From: Asterias rubens
Lineage: Eukaryota
Direction of reading: 5' to 3'
Assembly (NCBI RefSeq): GCF_902459465.1
Contig: NC_047078.1
Location: 6,572,001-6,636,000, forward strand
DNA length: 64,000 nucleotides
Positions 1 through 10,884 of this stretch are shown here, in pieces; position 1 is the stretch's first letter; every line of letters starts with the position of its first letter. Below the pieces are notes generated by a model, which worked only from the letters and a program-made list of their open reading frames with translations, had not been told where the DNA came from and did not search any database. The position numbers and the translations under genes were made by a program.

Positions 1-330
1 TGCCTTCTCAGCGTCCTCCAAGTGATGCTCTACTGCGTCTTCGTCTCGTTTGCTCCAGCTCAACATCATCATCTCTTCTTTCTGGAAGCAGTGGAAGAAC
101 CCCATCCTTGGCGCAGTACTTCGATCTCTCACATTGACAGCGCTGTAGTACACAAAGTGTACCCCCGGCGGGATCATCTTCACACCCTTGAAATTCTCAG
201 CTGTGTTCCATGTGTTGTAGTCAATGCCAAACTCGGTGCCGAGGGGGACATTGAGAAAGATGAGTGTAGCGCCCTCACTGAAGAGTTTCCTGGCTATTTC
301 TTGCGTCATTTGAGGAGACGATTCTGCCAT
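1..330 (-). CDS. AAR2: AAR2 splicing factor homolog (U5 snRNP assembly), first coding exon, runs off the left edge
   Basis: Minus strand reads MAESSPQMTQEIARKLFSEGATLIFLNVPLGTEFGIDYNTWNTAENFKGVKMIPPGVHFVYYSAVNVRDRSTAPRMGFF..., matching the AAR2 N-terminus (EGAT..L..P.GTEFGIDYN.W...F.GVKMIPPG.HF..YS...PRMGFF). Kozak context GCCACCATGG; acceptor CAACAG just upstream (exon starts 358). Not in the supplied ORF track. Confidence 0.95.
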   Translation of the reverse strand, partial: MAESSPQMTQEIARKLFSEGATLIFLNVPLGTEFGIDYNTWNTAENFKGVKMIPPGVHFVYYSAVNVRDRSTAPRMGFFHCFQKEEMMMLSWSKRDEDAVEHHLEDAEKA

Positions 331-1034
331 GGTGGCACTTTGTTGATTTATTGTTTGTCTGTTGATAAACATTAATAATTATTATTATTAGCTGGACAGT
401 ATGCAAAATTAATAAGTAACTGAGTGTAGAATTTGAGTAGTATTTGCACCTTCACCGTGGATAAAGAAAATTGGTTTAACTTTTAGGCAGGGCCTATGCT
501 TCCGCAGCTTTGGATTGATCGTGTTGATGATGACAGGCTACTATTTTTTTACTATGTTTGTGTAGACCTGCAGTAACTGGGGCTCTATATTTATTTTTAA
601 CAATTTTGACATTTGCATGTCTTCAAACTGGAGCTCTGCACACTCAGTTTCGTGTGAGGATGCAAATGTCAAGTAAGTATACTGTATCTGTAGTTAGTTG
701 GTCTACGTACAAACACGTTGTTGTATGTCGTAGGGGTCTAAACGCAACGCAGTTTGACAAACAACTAGTTGTTGTTATGCGCTTTTTCTGCCGCGTGGTG
801 GATGTTGATAGAGTCTAGCGCAGCCTTAAATGACTTAATGTCAGGTGCTGTACTGCAGCAGGTCCTCCCTTTATTTAATTAATGTAATTTTTTGGTTTTA
901 AATTTAAAAATGTTAAGAAATAACTTACGTTTTATTTGGAGTTTCTCACGTTTTCACTTACCTTTAGTTCAGTTCACTATCCGTATTTGCCTTTCAAAAG
1001 TTTAATTAAAGTTTGTACATGATCACGGTCTTAC

Positions 1035-1700
1035 CTTAAACTGGAAATGTTGATCTTGTTTCATCTCTTGCACTACGAATGAATTACTGAAGAAGATGAG
1101 CTGAGAAGAAACGCACGCCTTATGTAGCGCCCTCTCTAGTCAGACGCCGTGTACTCTACACGCCACGAACCCATGCAGTACAGGGAGGTGTTATTTCCCT
1201 CTGTGGACGTGTTTGGAAGAGAGGGACAATAATAATATTGGACTGGCTGGCTAAATCTCGTAAAAATCTTATAACTATTTAGAATCAATCAGACCCTAGC
1301 CCTTATGAGATTTCATGTCTCAAGTTTGAGATTCATAAACATTTGCAATTAGTGTAAAAACAAAAATGAAAAAAGGACAAACTTACCCCCCCCGCCCCCC
1401 CCCCCCCCCCCAAACCAAAAAATAACAAAACAAAACCAAAGGAACACAAACAATTGGTGGCAGCATTCAATTTAAGTGGTTTACCCTCTACTGGATGGAT
1501 TCTACCGTATTGGTGTAGTTTTTATTCGGTTGCTGTGTGTACACAATGTCGACGAAGGGCAAGGTGTGAACCTGGCTAAATTAAATCCTTAATTAAAAAA
1601 GGTAATTATTTGTAACTTCTAAGTTATATTTAACAGCTACCAACTACTGTAAATGTTAAAGAAATAGCGCACATATAGTTAAATTATTTTTTAGGCAGTG
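1035..1700. promoter_or_regulatory. Probable shared divergent promoter region of AAR2 and PIH1D2
   Basis: The start codons point away from each other about 2.1 kb apart. A minus-strand donor AAG|GTAAGA at 1035 suggests an AAR2 5' UTR exon, and there is a locally CpG-richer patch at about 1110-1180. TSS positions are not determinable from sequence. Confidence 0.45.
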
Positions 1701-2424
1701 CATTATGGTAGGGAGGTCGACGGAAAGGCCTCAATCGTAATTTGTATCTGTTTGTACACGAAAAGTGCTTGTGAAAAATCACCCAAAAGACATCATTTAA
1801 GTGCGAATTTTGATGTACAAAATCATCTGTGGTTAGCTGAAGACATTTCCCTTCACAATTGAGCAGTTTTTTCTCGATTGATTGGAATTTTAAATGAAAA
1901 ACACAGAGTTGAAAATAAGAAAATTAGCGCGTTTCAGAGAGCCCATTTTTGGTCGCGGGACAACTCAATCGACTTTGTGTCGAAAATGGGTTTTTTAAAG
2001 TGAGCCCCCTTGTGGCCTCGATAGCCTAAGGTCACGTGGGATATGTTGATATTTGTGTAGAGGAAGGTCTGAGGAGTTGATAGGTACCAAATTTAATAGA
2101 ATTTGATTGATATTTTAAACTGTTTTGATATCGTTCATTTTATTTTGTTACAAAAAGTTGAGGTTTTACACATAAATTTACATCAAAAATCCTCAATTTC
2201 TCAAAACCTATACAAAACTCATATTTTCTGAAAGCTTATACCTTCGTGATCATGTGCATATCTTTGTTTTTTTGCTAGGTAGCTGCTCATAGCTGCACAT
2301 TTAAGATTTAGAGGAGGGGTCCTGACAGATTGTTTTTGCAGCCTATGGACTCTTGTGTATTGAAGCTGTCCACACATTTGTTATCAAATTGTATTTGTAC
2401 AGACCAGAAGTACACCGTTAACCA

Positions 2425-2438
2425 GTTACCATGGCAAC
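2425..2438 (+). promoter_or_regulatory. RFX X-box overlapping the PIH1D2 start codon
   Basis: GTTACCATGGCAAC fits the RFX consensus GTNRCC(N0-3)RGYAAC, and its central ATG is the PIH1D2 initiator. Confidence 0.6.
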
Positions 2439-5400
2439 AGGGGAAGATGACATGATGAAGCAAGCTCAGACCATCTGGTCGATGCTTGACGAGCTGGCTG
2501 ACTCCAACCCCGATGGCTACCAGAAGTTCATAGAGAAGAATCTATCGAAAGGGAAGACTGAAACGGAAGCAGCCAAACCCTGGATGTGTGTCAAGACACG
2601 TTTTTTGGTTAGTCAATGTCTCATCTTTTAAATAGACTTGTGGACAAGTTGCTAAAGACCCAGGGGTCCATTTCACAATGAGTTAGGACTAGTCCTAAAC
2701 TAGTCCTAACTTAGGACTCCTTAGAGATATTAAAAACTTAAGGGTCGCCTAAGTAGGACGAGTAACTCGTCCTAACTCAAGATATGACCGGTCTTAACTC
2801 TTTGTGAAATCCACCCCAGGACACCTTTGGTAATTGTCAAAGACCAGTATCCTCACTTGGTGTATCCTGATGGTGTATCCCAACATGCATAAATTAACAC
2901 TGTGCAAATTTTGAAACAATTGTTCATTGAAAGTGCAAAAGATATTGTGAGAAAAAAACACCCTTCCCTTTTTGCACAAATTTGTGTGCTTTCAGATGCA
3001 TAATAAAAGCCGTCAGGTCTTTAATTATTTCAGTGAGAAACTACCTCTTTCTCAAAAACTATCGTACTTCAGAGGGAGCCGTTTCTCACAATGTTTTACC
3101 AATAGTGTCCAGTGTCTTTAAATGTATGTCGTGGTGATGTCACTCTTTCTACAATATATCTCGCAAGACTGTTGCTCCGCAGGAGACTTCGGCAATTTTA
3201 GCCACTGCCGCCTTTGTATTCATAAATGGAACAGTAGTCGGAAGCCATCAATATCGTTAGAACAGTAAATCACATGAGAGCATGCACAGGAATAACTTGT
3301 GCCTTGTCCACAAAGTTACCAATTCCGAAAAAGAACAAAGTTCGTCATAATTTAGTTGACTGTTAAAAAAATGTATGATTGTGGCATATTTGGGCAAACT
3401 GAAGAGGCAATTACAGCTCTTTCGCAGTCTTCACAGACAAACATCATGTATTAAAGCCATTGGACCCTTTCGGTAAACAATATTTTCCAAGGCCCACACT
3501 TCGTGTATCACAACTTTTATATAAAATAACAAACCTGTGGAAATTTAGGCTCAATCGGTCATCAGGGTCAGGAGAAAATAACGGGAAAACCCATCCTTGT
3601 ATCCGTTTCGCCGTGTTATGACATGTGTTTAAAATAAATCCGTAATTCTTTCTATCGAGAATTGATGTTGTTTTACTGTTTTCTCAAAAAGTAAAGCATT
3701 TCATGGACTAATATTTCAAGAGAAGTCTTTCACCACAACCTTCTGTAAACCCTGTAAGTTATTTGTAAATCTGTGAACTTTTATTTGTTTTTCTGTACCG
3801 AAAGGGTCCAATGGCTTTGAGGCAAGTTTTTTTATTTTATTTTTTTTTATTTGGTTCCTTATCATTTTTAGATCTACATGTACACTGTACTTCATTTTGG
3901 GGTTTTGACATGGTCAAAGAAGATATCAAAAATATTCCATCTTGTCAAATGTGCACTGAGAAGAAGCGAGCGAGAGCAGAAAACAAACAAAATACAAACA
4001 AACAATCAACAGATTTTCATGAAATAAAGTTGTACAATTTGAAGGTTACAGAATTGGTAAGAAACAAAATTTGTGATGATCACAGATTTACATAAAACTT
4101 ACACGGTCTAATGATGATGATAGTAGAAAACATCCCTTGAAATATTTCTGTCTGAAGTGTCATATTTCACGAGAAATACATAGTGTAATTTCGCATTTGG
4201 AGTTTATCGCTCAGTGAGCGTTTTATTCATTTTTGTTTTGGCATCGATGCAATGCAAAATTTGTAATCGGTTTTTCACTATTCTCTCGTGACCCAGATGG
4301 CCGATAGATCTCAAACTTCGACAGGTTTGACAATTTATGTTTAGGGTGGATTACATAAAGTGCTTACACTGCCAGCAACTATTTTGTTTGCAAAAACCAA
4401 TTCTGTAATGTTCCATTTCATTATTCTTTTAGAAGCCAAAGAAGGAGACTCTCTACATGAATATCTGCAGCTGGGCTAGAATTCCTAAGCCCAAGACGTC
4501 TACTGACCCGATCGCTGTCTCAGCTGGTCCAGTAGAAGATGAAGAAGATGAAACTGGTAAGGAGTAAACACAATTATTCAAATGAGTGACTGTGACTCTG
4601 GCTGTTGGCTTAAGTGGCTAATGGATGCAGTCATCTAGCCATACATGTAGCTATGGCTTAAAGGGAAGGTACACGTTTGGTAATTACTCAAAACAAATAT
4701 TAACTTTAAAACCGACTTGGTAACTAGCATTGGAGAGCAGTATAAAACATTGTGAGAAACAGCTCCCTCTGCAGTAACGTAGTTTTTGAGAAAGAGGTAT
4801 TTTCTCACTAAAATAATAAAAGACTTCTAGCTAGAAGTCTTTTATTCCTATCTGAAAGCACACAAATTCGTCTAACAAGGTTGTTTTTTGTTTCATTATT
4901 TTTCTCGCAACTTCGATGACTGATTGAGCCCAAATTTTCACAGGCTTGTTATTTTATGCTTATGTTGAGATACACCAAGTGAGAAGACTGGTCTTTGACA
5001 ATTACCAAACGTGTACCTTCCCTTTAATCCTACATTTAGTATAGAATGTTGTGGCCGAGTGGTCTAGTTCACCGGACCCAAGCTCTGGTGCAGTCAGCAG
5101 CAGAGTGTGGGTTCGAATCCCGGTCATGACACTTACATGTATTATGAACATGAATGCTTTTTGAGAAAGTGGGAAGGCAGTGCATTCATTCTGCTCTACC
5201 AGCGAGCCGTCGATTTCACAAAGAGTTAGGACTCGTCTTTTCTCGAGTTAGGACGAGTAACTCGTCCTAACTTACGATTAATCTTAAGGTCTGCATGCTA
5301 CAGTGCAGGGTTGGGACTCGTCCTAAGTCCTAAGATTAGTCTTAAGTTAGGAAGAGTTTTGTGAAATCGACGGCAGGCTCTTAGTGTAGCCACTCCATTG

Positions 5401-7618
5401 GGGCAAATCCAACTGGATTCGTTTATATGTGCAATACTAAATGCACGGGACCCTATGGGTTTACGTTCTGTACAAAGGAAACACCAATAATAATGATTTG
5501 TCACATAAGGACACAAGTGTCAAGACCAGCCGTCGATTTCACCAATATCTTCCTAACTTAGGATTAATCTTAGGACTTAGGATGAGTTAATTTCTGTATC
5601 CATAGACGTTAGGACGCATTGAACCCATAACTCGTCCTAACTCGAGATATGATTAATCCTAGTGTTTTGTGAAATCAGCTGCAGGACTCAAACCCACACT
5701 CTGATGATCAGAAACACCAGAGCTTCAGTCCAGTGTGCTTGACAAAGAGCTGTTGATTGACTTTCAAAGAAATAGCAGTAAATTTGTTTTACTTAAATCT
5801 TTTTAGGTCCCTACAAGGTGGTACGTGTTGCCGTCAACCCAGACGTCCTGGCAGAATGTGCCAAAAATGCAGAAGAGCAAGATCTTCTCATCGATCTCGC
5901 CATCAAGTATCTCAAGGAGCAGAAGAAACTTCACCTCTCACAAAACTTCCAGATCTGCCAGAATGTGAAGTTTAAAGGAGATGCAAGTAACTTAAAGAAC
6001 TTCTTCAACACAAAACAGAAGTCCGATCAGAAAGAAGATGAACGGGACAAGACGATGGAAAACCTGAGTAAGCTGACACCTGATTCGCTACTGAGCCGGC
6101 TGAGAGTATCTGATGACCAATCGGAATCCTCCAACAACAATAAGCCTGAAGTGTCGTTACAGTTGAACGGGAATGAGAAGCCTAAGAGTGGTTTGATTGA
6201 AGAGATCGGGAGCGTTGATGAGAAACTGAGCTGTCCCGAGTTTGAAGTTTTGATGAGAGAAGCGGACGGCAAACGGTGTCGGAGGTGTGTGGTCAGAATA
6301 TCTCTCCCTGATGTCCAATCCGTCCAAGAGTGTGAACTAAACATTGCAGAGGTATGTCAAAACCATTCATAACCTTTTATTGTATTAAAGACACTGGGCA
6401 CTATTGGTAATTGTCAAAGACTAGCCTTCACCATTGGTGTATCTCAACATATGCATAAAATAACAAACTTGTGAAAATTTGAGCTCAATCGGTCGTCGAA
6501 GTTGCGAGATAATAATGAACGGAGAAAAAAAAAAACTTTTCACACGAAGTTTTGTGTTTCAGATGCTTGATTTCGAGACCTCAAATTCTAAATCTGAGGT
6601 CTCGGAATCAAACATTACTTCAAAGGGAGGCGTTTCTTACAATGTTTTATTCTATCAACCTCTCCCCATTTCTCGTTACCAAGAAAGGTTTAATGCATAT
6701 AATTATTTTGAATAATTACCAATAGTGTCCACTGCCTTTAACTGCCAAATTGTAAATTTAAGACCACAATTAAGTGGGTTTTTTTTACTGCTAGTGTTAT
6801 GAATATTGATGAAATAAACAAACCATTAATAACAAATAAAATTAAAAAAATCATGTCTCATCTGAGCTAGATTTTTGGGGAAATGGACAGGAACTTTTTA
6901 ACAAGACCAGAAATGAAATGAGAACAGAAAATGAAAGTACAAAGTTTGAAATGTTTGAAATGTTCAAGATTTGCAATGTTTTAGTTTGAAGCTCTGAGAG
7001 AATATTGATCTCATTGAAAATAACAATAATAACAACCAGTTTTTATATAGCGCTTTTCACACCCGAAGGGCGTTTCAAAGCGCTTCCAACATTATTATTA
7101 TGGGTACAAATCTTAATCAACACTCCTATCAGATGAACTACATTTAATTGGTCATCAAAAGTTGCAAGAGAGTAATGAAAGAAACACCCTTGTTGCACAA
7201 ATTTGTGTGCTTTCAGATGCATATAAAAGGCTTCAGGCCTGAAGTTGTTTTTTTTTCTATTTGAGTGAGGAAGTACCTCTTTCTCAAAAACTACCCTCCT
7301 GAAGTTTGTTATACTACCAACAGCTCTCCATTGCTCATTACCAAGTTAGTTTTTATGCTAACAATTATTTTGAGTAATTACCAACAGTGTCCAATGCCTT
7401 CAGGAATGTTTTCTTATCAATTGATTTTGCTCTCTATTATAACAATTTATTCCTATTTTCCTTGTTATTTTGAATAGGAAGAAATATCACTGCTGGTTCC
7501 ATTGAAGTATGAGCTTCATCTACCGCTACCTGAAGCAGTTTTAGAAGACGACTCCTCAGCCAAGTTCAACAGTAAAACATCTTCACTGACACTTACCATG
7601 CCAACAAAACAATTATAA
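2431..7618 (+). CDS. PIH1D2: PIH1 domain-containing protein 2, 4 coding exons, 328 aa
   Basis: Exons 2431-2607, 4433-4556, 5807-6351, 7478-7618; all GT-AG, phases 0/1/0 consistent, total 987 nt. Protein has W.MLD.LA.S.P.GY.KFI, KPK...L..NIC.W.RIP.P, V..NPDVL and a C-terminal CS-like YELHLPLP...SAKFNSKTSSLTLTMP, matching PIH1D2. Confidence 0.93.
2816..3121. mobile_element. Kolobok/T2-type MITE, major ~380-bp family (degenerate left end)
   Basis: GGACACCTTTGGTAATTGTCAAAGACC ... CCAATAGTGTCCAGTGTCT-TTAA. Confidence 0.75.
3451..3820. mobile_element. TTAA-AG MITE, second subfamily
   Basis: TIR TTAAAGCCATTGGACCCTTTCGGTA / TACCGAAAGGGTCCAATGGCTTTGA. Confidence 0.75.
4658..5027. mobile_element. TTAA-AG MITE, third subfamily
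   Basis: TIR TTAAAGGGAAGGTACACGTTTGGTAATT / AATTACCAAACGTGTACCTTCCCTTTAA; the internal part is homologous to the major family. Confidence 0.8.
5045..5205 (+). mobile_element. tRNA-derived SINE 5' part
   Basis: GTGGCCGAGTGGTCTAG (box A) ... GGTTCGAATCCC (box B), followed by SINE body rather than a tRNA acceptor stem. Confidence 0.65.
5207..5376. mobile_element. Palindromic MITE with internal TTAGGAC repeats (relatives at 2661-2820 and 5529-5684)
   Basis: TIR GCCGTCGATTTCACAAA / TTTGTGAAATCGACGGC. Confidence 0.7.
6385..6741. mobile_element. Major TTAA-AG MITE copy
   Basis: TTAAAGACACTGG..ACTATTGGTAAT ... ATTACCAATAGTGTCCACTGCCTTTAA. Confidence 0.85.
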
Positions 7619-8932
7619 CAATACAACTTTTTTTTAATCATCTGAATCTTCTTCAAAGAGAACTGCAGGCTTCTGCAAGTCTTTTAAGGTTTGAATGCTT
7701 TACTCTACTGGAGATGCGCAAATATTTTCTGACAATACAGTATGTCATGACCTTGTGGTTTTAGAGCATCGAATTCAAGCTGGCGGTTAAGTCATCGGGT
7801 TGTGGATTCGAATCCCAGTCATGACACTTTTGTCTTTGAGCCAGTTGCTTACCATAATTGCATCTCTTCACCCACTGCAAGGCTATAAATGGTCCGTACC
7901 TGCAAGGGTAGACTGGTTGAACTCGTATTTGAAAAAGCCTTAGAAGCACTCGGCAGCCTCTGGCTGTCTTCTCCCCAGGAAGCCGACAAATATTAATTGA
8001 AGGTTCTTGGCCCCGTTACCAGGGCACATACATAGTTATAAAATGCAGTACATATGAACTTGTTTTATTAATATTTACACCAATACAGCGTTTTTGAGCA
8101 GGCTATAACTGTAATGAACTAATTTTGGAGTTTTCTTCAACAGGAAAATACCATAGGATCACTTGCAAATTCTGAACAATAATGGGGAGATTTCTTCTCT
8201 TTGGCAATGACTCTGACAAAAGTTTGTGTCTATTTTGGAAAGCCTACTTGTTAAAAAAAATGATAATAGTAATAGTTTTATGGTAGTAAATATCTTGCAA
8301 CATTATTTCTGTCTGAAGTGCCTTTATTGATTAGAAATATATAACAGTATGTCGAGAAATTTTGATACCAAAAGATTGACTCAAGAATATAAAACTATTT
8401 TGTTTGCATTCATACCATAGGTCCTTTTGGTTTCGAGCAGTTTGCAACAGCTAATTCCATATTCTCAATGAAAAATGTATGAATTGTAACAAAGTGTCTG
8501 TTTTTGAAAATATACTTTTTATTGACGGCAACACAATTTCACATACAACCACAACAATTTCACAAGTTTAATGAGTACTGAAGTACCATGACTTCTAAAT
8601 AAGTACATTTTGCTTACTAAGACATTCTAACATTTTTTTGAAACAGATTTATGAATTTATAAATTAAATATTCGATTTACAATTTGAATATTCACGACTG
8701 GTTAAAAATATGTTACTCTTTCTCTATTTACAGTTTTTCTTGCTTAATTTTTTTTTTTAAGAATCAAAATTTAATTTAAATGGGGCCTACATCTAACTAA
8801 ACATAATATAGTGAAAGTGTGAACCATGGAGGTCATTCATGTGTGAACATATATTGAAATGTAGGCCACGTTCTTGTGTTTTTTCCCTCTCTATTTTGTT
8901 AGTGATTTTTCCCAATTTCTTGGTAGTGAGCT

Positions 8933-9144
8933 TATAGACGATGTGACCTATGTTTACATTCAAACCGCCCTCTGTTGACAAAACACTAACATAAGTCATG
9001 TTTCGCCCGGCACTGAGTTGCGTAGGCAAAGTAAGCTTGCGTACACTTTCTAGCTGGCTGCCAAAACGCAAAGGTTTTGCCCGGCGGTATGCGCGCGAAT
9101 CATGTTATGGTTTTCGTGTGACGTCAGAGGTCACATCGTTTATA
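8933..9144. mobile_element. MITE with ACGATGTGACCT TIRs (second copy 54503-54708)
   Basis: TATAGACGATGTGACCT ... AGGTCACATCGTTTATA; near-identical dispersed copy 45 kb away. Confidence 0.8.
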
Positions 9145-10884
9145 TATTGTGTTTTTTTACATAATATTGGGTGTATTGCAAAGCTAGGCTCCGACTACCG
9201 GCTTGGGCAGTTGCTTAGGCTCCGGCTTTGACCTGGGTCTGTCCTCAATGTTGCGAAGTAGTGAACATAAGACAGTACTTCAACTTCGAACAGAGCTCTG
9301 GGCAAAGGTCGAAATAAAAAATGTCTTTGTAAGAGTGTACCCTACAATGATTGGGATTTATAATCCAACGATGTCAAAAACCCGTGTTTGTGCAAAACGC
9401 TCAATTTTAAACATGCTATGTAAGATTTTTTGCCGATTTGACCCAAAATTTTTGATTTAAAATTCAATAGGTATTTTGATGGGGGGTCGAGAAAGTTACA
9501 AGCTTTCATTTGAGCCATTGCTCGAAAAAGTCCGCCAATTATTAGTAGCAGTGAAATAAAGTGCTCAAAATTAGTTTTTGTCGGGATCCCGACAATATAT
9601 CACGTGACCAATTCTTATGTTGTGTGTTTCTTGTACCAAAGTTATTTTTTCTCAAACAGATGTAATTCTTCAACATCATGAAAGTTTCTTTTAAAGAACC
9701 CAAAATTTGTGACACTGCTAAGTGTCAGGTTTTTTTCTTAATGTTCGAATGATAAAAAACTTTCTCCACTTCGTTCATCCTTCAATAGACCTTGTGCACA
9801 TAACGTCATTTCAGTAGGGCGCCCTCACCTAGAGGTCAAAGGGAGGTTGTTCATTGGCCAATCCTGTGCGCCGCGCGTACAAATCTGTGCATTTCGATTG
9901 TTTCGTCACCGTGTTTCCACTAAGATGGTCGCTGGATGACGTCAATGCATAAGGTCTGAGCGTCCCATATGCCTACATGCCGAACAAATAAACTAATTGA
10001 CTAATGACTAGAGAACAATTTTATTCCGATTTTTTTTTTCTGAAAAATCAAGCTTGCATGCTACCAAAATGTTTTACGAATCAAATAATAATTCTACAAA
10101 GATTTGAATAATATATTTATCATTAATATTGAGATTACATATTTTGGAGATTTGAAACAATTTGCGCAAGATTTCTCTTTTTAAGCAAGTAAGTATTTTT
10201 AAAATACATGTAGTTGTCTTTATGAAGTTATTGATCACTTTATTTTGACTGGCACCGTCGATTGGTGGCGCTCTTTATATATTTTCCACCGATGACACTA
10301 CTGCAGTTTTGTTGGTTGATGTCGAAGGCGCCCACGCGAGTTCTGGAAGATGAAAACAAAAAGCTGTGACAGTTATTGACATTTTCATGGTAAGTACCAA
10401 ACCACATAGATCACCACAAGTTTGCGGTTCTTTTTGAGCTTATTTTCCGCCCAAAATTAATGTGAAGTTTGCTTTTGGTCCCCAAAAAAATCATAACAAA
10501 ACATAAACAATATCGACTTAAAATTTGAAGCAATGAAATGACATGTTTGAAATGTGAATGCAGGCCCATCTTTTGATTTGTTTTAATAACGTGTTCCTCA
10601 CTAGAGTATTCACGTAATTACTACTGATATTCGCGGTAGAACGAATTTGGAGCAGTTTTTAGGCCTAGCCATACGTACATACAAACTACTTGTATGTTGA
10701 TGATCACTACGAAAGAATCACATAAAGTTAAATATTTACATAACGGGTCAGTTTCATGGACCGGAGCTGCTTTTGAAGCACAGAAAAGTAGCAAAGTATA
10801 ACAAAAATAATGATGCTTTCCGGAATAGGGTAATGTCATAAAACAATGTCCTGCTTGTTTCTTTGTTGGCGTCTTTTGCTGTTA

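Noticed and set aside
22-375. 117-aa plus-strand ORF
   Set aside because: Antisense shadow of the AAR2 exon, which carries the recognisable protein.
5045-5130. Possible tRNA genes (also 43707 and 62364)
   Set aside because: Box A/B are present but there is no complete cloverleaf, and each continues into a shared SINE body.
6027-6344. 105-aa minus-strand ORF
   Set aside because: Antisense shadow of PIH1D2 exon 3.
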